A DNA stretch of 30,979 nt from Promethearchaeota archaeon (GTDB lineage: Archaea > Asgardarchaeota > Thorarchaeia > Thorarchaeales > Thorarchaeaceae), in contig JALVPN010000110.1 of NCBI GenBank assembly GCA_027031765.1, forward strand, positions 1 through 30,979, written 5' to 3'. A model generated the notes under the pieces. The model did no database searches. It had not been told where the DNA came from and saw nothing but the letters and a program-made list of their open reading frames with translations. The translations under genes and the position numbers were made by a program. Within the stretch, counting starts at the first letter, position 1, and the number at the start of each line of letters is the position of its first letter. This document shows positions 1-8,546 of the stretch, piece after piece.

Positions 1-540
1 CCGAATGAGAGCCAGACTGACGATCTTGCTCGACGAGCTGAGAGCTGGTGCATGGCCATCGTAAATTCGTGCCGTGAGGTATCAGCTTAAGTGCTGCAAC
101 GAATGAGATCCCTGCCACCTAGTTGCCAGCCGGGGGCCACGGCCCTGACGGGGCACACTAGGGGGACTGCCGGCGATAAGTCGGAGGAAGGTGGGGGCCA
201 CGGTAGGTCAGTATGCCGCGATATGGGCGGGGCCACACGCGTGCTACAATGGCGAGGACAATGCGTTACGACACCGAAAGGTGAAGTCAATCGCCAAACC
301 TCGTCGTAGTCGGAATCGCGGGTTGGAACTCACCCGCGTGAACCTGGAATCCCTAGTATCCGCGTGTCACTATCGCGCGGAGAATATGTCCCTGCTTCTT
401 GCACACACCGCCCATCGCTCCATGCGAGCGGGTCTGGGGTGAGGCGCCGTCCACCGGGCGGCGACGAATCTTGGGCTCGCAAGTAGGGAGAAGTTGTAAC
501 AAGGTATCCGTAGCGGAAGCTGCGGATGGATCACCTCCTT
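1..540 (+). rRNA. rrs: 16S rRNA, 3' ~540 nt (about E. coli positions 1000-1542), archaeal and divergent
   Basis: Conserved blocks GGTGCATGGCC, GTGCTACAATGG, GGAAGGTGGGG, GCACACACCGCCC, h45 GGAA tetraloop and the anti-SD tail GGATCACCTCCT ending at 539-540. Truncated by the window start. Confidence 0.98.
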
Positions 541-861
541 TGCGTGCGCCGTGAAGAACTCGTTTTGACACGGCGTGGTGAAGATCACAGCGAACGGATG
601 GGTGTACAGGGACTTACCCACGCGCCGCTGTTGAGCACCCCATTTTTCAACAACACCCCTGACAGTCTGTTTCTGCGAGTACTGACAGTTGTCCACGGTC
701 ACCGCCAATGCGTGTCCTTACTGCTCTTGGTTGTCCTGATGAGCAGTGCTCGGCCGTCTGTCCACCGTCTGTCCCGCTGGCATGGTCTGAGGTGCGTGGC
801 ACAGGATGTACCGGAGTGTGGTCGGGACATCACCCACACGATATGCCCCAGACTGCGCAGC

Positions 862-2802
862 CTACTCAAGATATGTCGGGCATGGCCATCCATCGCACCC
901 CAGACAGTTTGTACAGCGGTCTGGGTCGACTACTATCTGCCCATTCTGCAGGCTGAGAGCCCCATGTCTGCACTTTGGGATGCAGGAGCCGCACCCCTGA
1001 CAGAAGAGTGCACGCCGCACAACCCGTTCCACCTGCCCTAGGAGCACCATTACCCCGTCTTTGCCAGGTCCACGGACTGTCACAGACCCAGAGCTGAAGA
1101 GCATGACCATGTACCTGTCCCGTCTTGTATGCACGACACCCAGGTCTTCAGAGTACCGCGTCGGACCGAATACTGGCATGAGCTGGGCGAGCCGGGCCAG
1201 GTCAAGGCCCTGGGTGAACTGCCCCTCCACGCTGTAGCCAGCTGATACGCATGGCGAGACTCCCCTGACCACCTCCAGCTGCAACTCCTGCTTTGGGCTG
1301 CCCCTTTCCGGTGCAATCTTGACTCCCATCTCCCTGGCGAGTTTCAGCTGGCCACTCGGCAGGCGTTTCCATCTCCAGAAGCCCAGGTCAGCCCACTCTC
1401 GCGGGAGGCCGTGTTCCTCAGCGAACCTGTACAGGTAGCCTGTCCAGCGCGAGTACATCTGAGGATGTGTCCTCGACAGCCCCTCAAGCTCCTCTAGGGG
1501 CGACGATGGACAGAGGTAGCAACCGAGCCTGTGGTAGCCCTGCAGGTACAGCGGGTTGAACTCCGCACGCTCGCGGAATATGTATAGCCACACCTCAAGG
1601 GCATTCCAGTTCCGGATTGGGTTCGCTGAGGTCTGGCCCGGCACCCACGGGTTGTTCGTCACCCTTGGTTCAACGGAGCGTTGGAAGGACTCGAGCCTCC
1701 GTTGCCCCATGAAACTCAGGCTCTGCGAGCCAAGTGCTTCGGCAATGGTCGTTGCTGCGGGCCCCAGTTTCAGGACTTTGCAGCACCATCTGAAGTCCCG
1801 TGCGGGTGGTCCAAATGTTGCCAGCGACTCCCAGAAACGGTCGCCTGCCTCCTTTCCAACTATCTCCACACCCCTCTTGTGCGCGAACTCGTGCACATAC
1901 GCCACGGTCTCCGGGAACTCCAGTCCCGTGTTGATGAAGAAGAGCGGGGGGCTGTACCCGAGTGCCTTCTCCACTAGGAGATATGCCACAAGAGAGTCCT
2001 TCCCACCACTGAACCCGACGACGACGGGGGCCTCTATCCGCTCTACAGTCCGCCTGATGAACGCCAGTGCCTCCCTTTCTGCTCTGCGGAGGTCATTTTC
2101 GTTGGCCCTGACGGCGTCGTCCCATGTGGCACTCTTCGGGTTGACCTTTGGTGGTGTCGGGTCCGCAGCCTCGCGCACTTTGACCGCCACGCCACGTCCC
2201 CCAGCGGCAATCTCCACCCCTGTCATCCTTGCAGTCCCAACAGCGACGACCTCTCCCGAAGGTACTCTGACCCATACCTCATCGCCTACCGCCACTTGCG
2301 GGTCGCATGCCACCACGCCGGGCCGCAACAGGCTCGCGCCCTTCTTGAGGTATTCAAGCACCCCACTCTCACATACCACCCGCTTCCGGTTCGTGTACAG
2401 TGCTGCCCTCCGGGCCCCCTCAACCGTCGGGAGAAAGACATAGTGCCTTTCTGGGATGTCGAACCTGAGCCGTCCGACGATGTATCCATCGACCACTATC
2501 TCATACATCGCGTCCAGTGCGGGGATTTTGTTCATCACGACCGGCTTGTCTGATGGGACTAGATGTCTGCCCAGCTCTCTCCCGAGCTGTGCATCAACCG
2601 TGTCCCTGACCCTCCGGAGGTGACCATTCATTGCCGGAAACGGGTCTCCTGGTGGCGAGATCTCGACACGCCGCGGGGCCGCACCACAGACCGAGCAGGG
2701 CGACTGCGACACCCGCGGGACGTTGCACGTGTCGCACCAGAACAACCGTATTCTTGCGAGGAACGGTGGGTGGCCTCTCCGCGGTCTCCTTCTGCGCGCC
2801 AG
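862..2802 (-). CDS. PAPS reductase-family protein: N-terminal Zn-ribbon, PUA domain, PP-loop core, C-terminal 2x[4Fe-4S] ferredoxin
   Basis: WCDTC..CSVC ribbon; PUA-like (LKKGASLLRPGVV..VAVG.ARM); GFSGGKDS PP-loop; RWCC and CYLC; CxxCxxCxxxC and CxxCxxC at the C-terminus. The frame extends upstream of the track's TTG (2745) to a CTG at 2802 with AGGAG just upstream. Confidence 0.88.
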   Translation of the reverse strand: MARRRRPRRGHPPFLARIRLFWCDTCNVPRVSQSPCSVCGAAPRRVEISPPGDPFPAMNGHLRRVRDTVDAQLGRELGRHLVPSDKPVVMNKIPALDAMYEIVVDGYIVGRLRFDIPERHYVFLPTVEGARRAALYTNRKRVVCESGVLEYLKKGASLLRPGVVACDPQVAVGDEVWVRVPSGEVVAVGTARMTGVEIAAGGRGVAVKVREAADPTPPKVNPKSATWDDAVRANENDLRRAEREALAFIRRTVERIEAPVVVGFSGGKDSLVAYLLVEKALGYSPPLFFINTGLEFPETVAYVHEFAHKRGVEIVGKEAGDRFWESLATFGPPARDFRWCCKVLKLGPAATTIAEALGSQSLSFMGQRRLESFQRSVEPRVTNNPWVPGQTSANPIRNWNALEVWLYIFRERAEFNPLYLQGYHRLGCYLCPSSPLEELEGLSRTHPQMYSRWTGYLYRFAEEHGLPREWADLGFWRWKRLPSGQLKLAREMGVKIAPERGSPKQELQLEVVRGVSPCVSAGYSVEGQFTQGLDLARLAQLMPVFGPTRYSEDLGVVHTRRDRYMVMLFSSGSVTVRGPGKDGVMVLLGQVERVVRRALFCQGCGSCIPKCRHGALSLQNGQIVVDPDRCTNCLGCDGWPCPTYLE

Positions 2803-2814
2803 TTTGTATTTCTC

Positions 2815-4593
2815 CTATGCCTCTATTCCCAACGAGCGGGTCTTCTCGTCTGTGGGCCGCCCGTCCTCGTCCCATCCACGTAGCCGATAGTACTCTGGCA
2901 GCATCTCGTCGAGATGGACGACCCTGTCACGTGAGTTCCCCTCTGGTAGTGGGACTGAAAACCGCTGTGGTAGCGCATCGTCCTGTCGTGTGAAGCCCTC
3001 TCTGATATTGAAGAGCCTCTCCATGTTCCAGATCCGCTCCCCCACCCTCAGGAGGCCCCTGCCGTCGAGTTCCAGTCCAGTCACTGCAGATGTGAGCTCG
3101 GCATAGTCGTCAACGCTCCATGCGAAGCTCGTGAAGCGGCACACGATGAGCGAGTCCATCGCTGCTGAGAGGTCCTGGAACAGGATTACAAGCTCCGCCT
3201 TCCCGTCTGTCCTGTCCCTGTCGACAAGGACAGGCACCCCCATTATTTCCGGGGCTATCATGTATGCCCTCAGATGGCACCCCCCACGGTTCGAGGTCGC
3301 ATATGCAAGTGCGTGTCCCTGCGCGCCCCTCGGGTCGTATGCGGGTATCTCAAGGCCCTTCACATGCATTGCTACATTTGGGGCCCCATGTGCTGTTGCG
3401 AGTGCGCGCGCCCCGTCTGCAAGTCTGTCGCCCAGTCCCCGGCGGTGTGCAATGTCCTCCAGTAACTCTAAGAGGCCATCCGTACTACCGAACCGTAGTG
3501 GCGCGTCCAGTTTCTGCATTCCCACAAGTTCCATGGCACATGCAATCGTGCTGCCCACAGATATTGTGTCTAGGCCGAGCAGGTTACACTTGTGGCTTGC
3601 CGCTGCGATGAACTCAAGGTCATTGATACCACAGGCCGGGCCGAATGCCCAGATGGTCTCGTACTCGGGGCCGCCCACCTCCTCTCCGTATGCACGGCTT
3701 ATCCTCCCACATCCAATTGGGCACCCATAACAGTGGTACCTGCGCACATGGAGGCGTTCGAGGAGCTTCTCTCCTGACACCCCATCGACATCGTTGAACG
3801 TGCCCTCTTGGAAGTTGTGTGTCGGCAGCATCCCATGTTCGTTGATGAGGTCGACCAGCACCGGTGTGCCATATACCGGTAGCGACTTGTTCGTCACCGG
3901 GCTCTTCTTGATCAGCCTGCGTGCCCGCTCGACCACCTCGCGGACATGGTCCTCGTTGTCCACTGGTGGTGTGGCCGTTCCATGGACCGCTATGGCCTTC
4001 AGGTTCTTCGAGCCCATCACAGCCCCCACGCCACCACGTCCTGCCGCACGGTGCTTGTCAGTGATAATTGATGCAATCTTGGCAAGGTTCTCGCCAGCGG
4101 GGCCTATGCATGCGACCTCGGCTTTCGAGTCTGTCTCTTCGCGTAGCGCATCAGTCGTACTCGCAGTGTCCATGCCCCAGAACCGTTTTGCGTCCCGGAT
4201 CTCGACCCCCTCGTCATCTATCCATACGTACACAGGTCTACTGGCCCTCCCCTCTACCACTACCGCACAGTACCCTGCCTTCCTGAGATGCGCCCCAAAG
4301 TGTCCACCCACATGTGAGTCGAACGCCGTGCCGGTCAGTGGCGACTTTGTGACCACCACGGTTCGCCCGGCAGTCGGCACAGTTGTTGCAGTCAGGGGGC
4401 CAACTGCAAACACCAGGATGTTCTCAGGCGACAGTGGGTCGACCCCGGCGTGGAGCTGCTCATAGAGCACCTTTACCCCCAGCCCACGACCGCCAAGGTA
4501 ACGTGTGAATGTGTCTGCTGAGAGCTCCTCTCTGTGCACTGTCTGCCTGGTGAGGGATATCCGGAGCAGAGTCATATCGTCTGGCGGTATCAA
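2815..4593 (-). CDS. aor: Aldehyde:ferredoxin oxidoreductase (tungsten-type AOR family)
   Basis: GGRGLG, KSPLTG, IGPAGENL, GRGGVGAVMGSKNLKAI, CYGCPIGC, GPEYET, AYDPRG, RGGCH and YYRLRGWD. TTG start with GGAGG upstream; alternative ATG at 4575. Confidence 0.95.
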   Translation of the reverse strand: MIPPDDMTLLRISLTRQTVHREELSADTFTRYLGGRGLGVKVLYEQLHAGVDPLSPENILVFAVGPLTATTVPTAGRTVVVTKSPLTGTAFDSHVGGHFGAHLRKAGYCAVVVEGRASRPVYVWIDDEGVEIRDAKRFWGMDTASTTDALREETDSKAEVACIGPAGENLAKIASIITDKHRAAGRGGVGAVMGSKNLKAIAVHGTATPPVDNEDHVREVVERARRLIKKSPVTNKSLPVYGTPVLVDLINEHGMLPTHNFQEGTFNDVDGVSGEKLLERLHVRRYHCYGCPIGCGRISRAYGEEVGGPEYETIWAFGPACGINDLEFIAAASHKCNLLGLDTISVGSTIACAMELVGMQKLDAPLRFGSTDGLLELLEDIAHRRGLGDRLADGARALATAHGAPNVAMHVKGLEIPAYDPRGAQGHALAYATSNRGGCHLRAYMIAPEIMGVPVLVDRDRTDGKAELVILFQDLSAAMDSLIVCRFTSFAWSVDDYAELTSAVTGLELDGRGLLRVGERIWNMERLFNIREGFTRQDDALPQRFSVPLPEGNSRDRVVHLDEMLPEYYRLRGWDEDGRPTDEKTRSLGIEA

Positions 4594-4605
4594 GCCTTGG
4601 GCCTC

Positions 4606-5427
4606 CTAGTCATTGAAAATGTTCTCGTCACGGTGAGGACATGTGATACACCGCTGCTTGTACCACAGGTAGACCTCCTTTGGCTGCTTGGCAAGACTGG
4701 CATGGCGGCTTGGGCAGAGCCAGCAGGGCCTGACCGGCTTCATCCATGAGTCACTGTACTTTGCCCACTTGTACCCCTCAACTATTGCAACGCCCGAGCT
4801 CGTACCCAGTCTGTCAGCACCAGCGTCTATCAGCCTCAGCGCGTCGGCAAACGTACGGATTCCACCTGCTGCCTTCACACCCATCCTGTCCCCGACGACC
4901 TCTCTCATCAGGCGTACATCGTATGGCGTAGCACCCATCGGCCCAAAGCCTGTTGATGTCTTGACGTAGCGTGCTCCCGCTTCCATCGCTATCTCACATG
5001 CCTCCCTCTTCTCGTCGTCCACAAGCAGGCCCGTTTCTAGGATTACCTTTACAGGCCTCCCGTCAGCCGCCGCCACCACACCCTCCATGTCACGCTTCAC
5101 AAGCCCTCTGTCACCGTCACGCATGGCGCCAATGTTCATCACCATGTCAATCTCGTCGGCTCCAAGACGCACGGCATGCCGTGCTTCGGTTGCTTTCACC
5201 TCAGGAAGTGTGGCACCCAGTGGGAACCCCACGACACAGCAGACTTTTACATCGGTGCCTTCTAGCAGTCCGGCCGCGTACTCCACATGGACTGGGTTGA
5301 TGCACACGGCTCCAAAACCATATGCCAGCGCCTCGTCACACAACTGCTTTATCTTGCCACGTTTGGTCTCGGGCTTCAGTACCGTATGGTCTATCATCCG
5401 CGCAAGGCTCTCTGGTGAGAGGTTCAC
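4606..5427 (-). CDS. deoC: Deoxyribose-phosphate aldolase with a Cys-rich C-terminal extension
   Basis: IDHTVLKP, VVGFPLGA, GADEIDMVMNIG, VKVILETG, YVKTSTGF (Schiff-base Lys) and VKAAGGI. GTG start at 5427 with GGAGGT upstream; the track start is 5448. Confidence 0.95.
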   Translation of the reverse strand: MNLSPESLARMIDHTVLKPETKRGKIKQLCDEALAYGFGAVCINPVHVEYAAGLLEGTDVKVCCVVGFPLGATLPEVKATEARHAVRLGADEIDMVMNIGAMRDGDRGLVKRDMEGVVAAADGRPVKVILETGLLVDDEKREACEIAMEAGARYVKTSTGFGPMGATPYDVRLMREVVGDRMGVKAAGGIRTFADALRLIDAGADRLGTSSGVAIVEGYKWAKYSDSWMKPVRPCWLCPSRHASLAKQPKEVYLWYKQRCITCPHRDENIFND

Positions 5428-5461
5428 GGGTGTACCTCCGGGCACCAAGAGCAGGCCGCCT

Positions 5462-5475
5462 CTATTATATTAATG
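5462..5475 (-). promoter_or_regulatory. Putative archaeal TATA box for the deoC-aor operon
   Basis: The minus strand reads ATTAATATAATAG, an AT island in ~60% GC DNA about 35-45 nt upstream of the deoC start. Confidence 0.55.
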
Positions 5476-5519
5476 CCTTCGAATGGTATGATGCGGGGCA
5501 CACCCACCCCGACAGTCCA

Positions 5520-5855
5520 CTACTGTGCGCCAAGATATGCCTGGATGTCGTCGAGGACCTCCTTCTGGAGCCGGATCACGTCGTGCACTTCAATCTCTTC
5601 AGCATCACGGACCACGGAGTTGAGCTGTACGACTGTGCCGACCGTTTCTATCGCGCTGAAGTCTACGGGGAACTCCACCTCTGCACCTTTGACTATCAAC
5701 TCCGAACGTACTGGGTGGAGTGATATGCGGATGCTCCTCACAATCCCAATCCTGCGGGCCCGGCTGTCAAGCACCTCCTTTCCCAGGAGCCGGCCGGGCA
5801 TGCTCAGTTCGTAGAGTTCCGCCTCAATCGTAGGCATCGGCTCGTCCGTTGTCAT
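5520..5855 (-). CDS. PRC-barrel domain protein
   Basis: LLGKEVLDSRARRIGIVRSI...FSAIETVGTVVQL is the typical PRC-barrel pattern. Confidence 0.8.
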   Translation of the reverse strand: MTTDEPMPTIEAELYELSMPGRLLGKEVLDSRARRIGIVRSIRISLHPVRSELIVKGAEVEFPVDFSAIETVGTVVQLNSVVRDAEEIEVHDVIRLQKEVLDDIQAYLGAQ

Positions 5856-6079
5856 CTGGTATCGACCCCTGTCACAACCCCCATGTCTACGGGGATTTTA
5901 GGAGTGTGTATTACTGTCCACTGCACAGCCGTGTGGGCACACTTGTGACATTCCACCTCTGCTGTTGCGCTGCTGCGCCGTGCTGCCAGTGACACGGTGG
6001 TGGCGACCCCGCAGTATGTACATAGTGGTATTCATATATCCCGAAACGGGGCCGTACGTCAGAGGGGCCGGGATGCAGT

Positions 6080-8497
6080 GTGTCTCATGAGGCCCACCGC
6101 TGGCCACTCGTTCCAGGAGTAAGGCCTCACACCAGAGGACTGAAAGGCAAACATGAACAAGAGTTGTCCGCATTGGTCGGCGTCAAGTATGTTGTACGGG
6201 ACGGCATCCGTCCCGGCACGCTCGAATACCGGGAGTACCAGGTGAGACTTGCCGAGATTGCCTCCTCAGAGAGCACCCTGATAGTCATCAGCACCGGTCT
6301 CGGGAAGACTGTGATTGCTGCACTTGTGGCGGCCAAGCGCCTCACCGAGTTCCCAGGGTCCAAGGTACTGTTCCTCGCCCCCTCGCGCCCCCTTGTAGAC
6401 CAGCAGGCGCGCTTCCTCCGACGAGTGCTGCTCCTACAACCTGACCATGTGTCATGTATGACGGGCAATGACCCCCCTGATACGCGCCCCACCATCTGGG
6501 CCCAGAGCCGCGTCATAGTCATGACCCCACAGGCGCTACAGAACGACCTCGTACTTGGGCGTTACGACCTCTCGGATGTATCTCTTGTAGTCTATGATGA
6601 GGCGCACCGCGGTGTGGGCAACTACGCCTACACCTTCATCGCAGAGCTGTACGAGCGTCAGGCAGAACACCCACTCTCTCTTGGACTGACCGCCTCTCCA
6701 GGGCATGAGGCGGAACAGATACGCACGGTCTGCGAGAACCTGCGGCTGTCAAGGGTCGAGACCCGGACGGAGAAGAGCCCCGATGTCCGGGGCTATGTTG
6801 TGGCAGTGGAGACCATAGTCCGCCCCCTCCATCTACCACCAGAGGTCGAAGCGCTACGTGACATACTGTTCGGCCTACTTGATGACTATCTCAAGCCCCT
6901 GGCATCCTATGGATATCCGAAACCGAACCCCCGGCGTGTGAGCAGGAAGGAGATACTCGCGCTCCAGAAACAGATCCGCGCAGAGATTGGCTCATTCACC
7001 AAGGTCCCACGCCACCTGTTCCTCCTCGTCCGCAACCTCACTGCTGCGCTCCGACTGGTCCACCTGCTTGAGTTCGTCGGCACACAGGGCCTGGGCCCCA
7101 CCCTCCGGTACATCCAGGGCATGTATGAGGAGATACGTAACAGGAAGAGTTCAAAGGGCGTACGGGATTTGGTCTCGCGGTCGGAGTTCCGGCAGTTCGA
7201 GGGGCTACTCCAGGCCCTGTTGTCAAAGGGGTTCCGACACCCGAAGGCCGACCTGATTGTGGAAGTTGTGAGCGAGCAGTTATCGGTAGACCCAGACTCA
7301 CGAGTCCTCGTCTTCACACGCTTCAGGGACACCGCAGCTGAGATTGTTGAACTGCTGTCGGAGCTTGACAGTGTGCGTGTGAGCCGCTTCGTTGGCCAGA
7401 GCTCTAGGGCGATGGACCGTGGCTTCAGCCAGAAGACACAGATTGCCGTACTCGAAGGCTTCCGGAACAATGAGTTCAACGTCCTAGTGGCGACGCAGGT
7501 CGGGGAAGAGGGGCTCGACATCCCTGAGTGCAACCTTGTTGTGTTCTACGACTGTGTGCCGTCCATCGTGCCGTTCATCCAGCGTCGTGGGCGGACGGGT
7601 AGACGCACCCCGGGCCGCGTTGTCTTGTTCGTTGCCAAGAACACGCATGACGAGTTCTACTATTGGAGTGTGGTCAGCAAGTTGAAGCGCATGCCAAGTG
7701 CACTGCGGGAGTCAGAGGGCCCCAAGGAGCAGACAAGCCTTGAGGAGTTTGCAAAGGGTGGGGTGGGGCCGGATGAGGTCGTCCCTGCCACCAGCACACC
7801 CAGTCCCACTTCACAGCCCACCCGTCAGCCTGCAGGACAAGAACAGGTGAGCCTGATTGTGGACTCGCGCGAACTGCCAACATCCGTTGCCCGCGAGCTG
7901 GCACGTCTGGGAGTTGCACTGTCCGGTGAGAGCTTGGAAGTGGGCGACTATGTGGCGTCCGATGAGGTCGCGGTCGAACGAAAGGTGACCGAGGACTTCC
8001 TCCAGTCCCTCGTCGATGGTCGCCTCTTCTCTCAACTTAGTGCTCTCAGCTCAGCATACCGGCGTCCCGTCCTGATTGTAGAGGGTGGTCCACTGACAGG
8101 TGTGAGGGCAATCAACCCCGCATCAATATATGGTGCCCTGGCATCCATTGCAGTCCGGTTCCGTGTCCCCATTATCTGGACGCGGAGCGCAGAAGAGACC
8201 GCAAATGTACTGTACCGGATAGCACGGATGGAGCAGGTTGCATCTGGCCGACCACTGAGGATACGTCCTGGTGATAAGCGCTCACACGACGCAGAAGTCC
8301 TTGAGTACATCCTTGCCGGCTTTCCCGGCGTTGATAGCGTCATATCCCGCTCGCTATTGACGCACTTCGGCACGCTGGAGAAGGTCTTTGGCGCCTCGAA
8401 AGAGGAGCTCCAGCAGGTGCGTGGTGTCGGCCCGAAGACCGCCGGCACCATTCGCCGCCTCCTCAAGACACAGTATCCGCTTCATAGTGACGAATAG
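6080..8497 (+). CDS. hef: Hef (FANCM-like SF2 helicase fused to ERCC4/XPF nuclease and HhH)
   Basis: YREYQ Q-motif, TGLGKT, DEAH, LTASP, QRRGRTGR, GDYV..VERK..D ERCC4 motif and C-terminal HhH (VRGVGPK). The true start may be somewhat downstream. Confidence 0.93.
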   Translation: MSHEAHRWPLVPGVRPHTRGLKGKHEQELSALVGVKYVVRDGIRPGTLEYREYQVRLAEIASSESTLIVISTGLGKTVIAALVAAKRLTEFPGSKVLFLAPSRPLVDQQARFLRRVLLLQPDHVSCMTGNDPPDTRPTIWAQSRVIVMTPQALQNDLVLGRYDLSDVSLVVYDEAHRGVGNYAYTFIAELYERQAEHPLSLGLTASPGHEAEQIRTVCENLRLSRVETRTEKSPDVRGYVVAVETIVRPLHLPPEVEALRDILFGLLDDYLKPLASYGYPKPNPRRVSRKEILALQKQIRAEIGSFTKVPRHLFLLVRNLTAALRLVHLLEFVGTQGLGPTLRYIQGMYEEIRNRKSSKGVRDLVSRSEFRQFEGLLQALLSKGFRHPKADLIVEVVSEQLSVDPDSRVLVFTRFRDTAAEIVELLSELDSVRVSRFVGQSSRAMDRGFSQKTQIAVLEGFRNNEFNVLVATQVGEEGLDIPECNLVVFYDCVPSIVPFIQRRGRTGRRTPGRVVLFVAKNTHDEFYYWSVVSKLKRMPSALRESEGPKEQTSLEEFAKGGVGPDEVVPATSTPSPTSQPTRQPAGQEQVSLIVDSRELPTSVARELARLGVALSGESLEVGDYVASDEVAVERKVTEDFLQSLVDGRLFSQLSALSSAYRRPVLIVEGGPLTGVRAINPASIYGALASIAVRFRVPIIWTRSAEETANVLYRIARMEQVASGRPLRIRPGDKRSHDAEVLEYILAGFPGVDSVISRSLLTHFGTLEKVFGASKEELQQVRGVGPKTAGTIRRLLKTQYPLHSDE

Positions 8498-8546
8498 GAC
8501 TGGACTGCAGTGACCCCCAGACCGTCTACTGTGCCCTGCACTCGCC

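Noticed and set aside
87-1041. ORFs of 67-171 aa over the 16S and its trailer
   Set aside because: They overlap rRNA or structured spacer sequence and show no protein motifs.
1556-4465. Long plus-strand ORFs (295, 199 and 223 aa)
   Set aside because: Antisense shadows of the PAPS-reductase-like and aor genes, as expected in GC-rich DNA.
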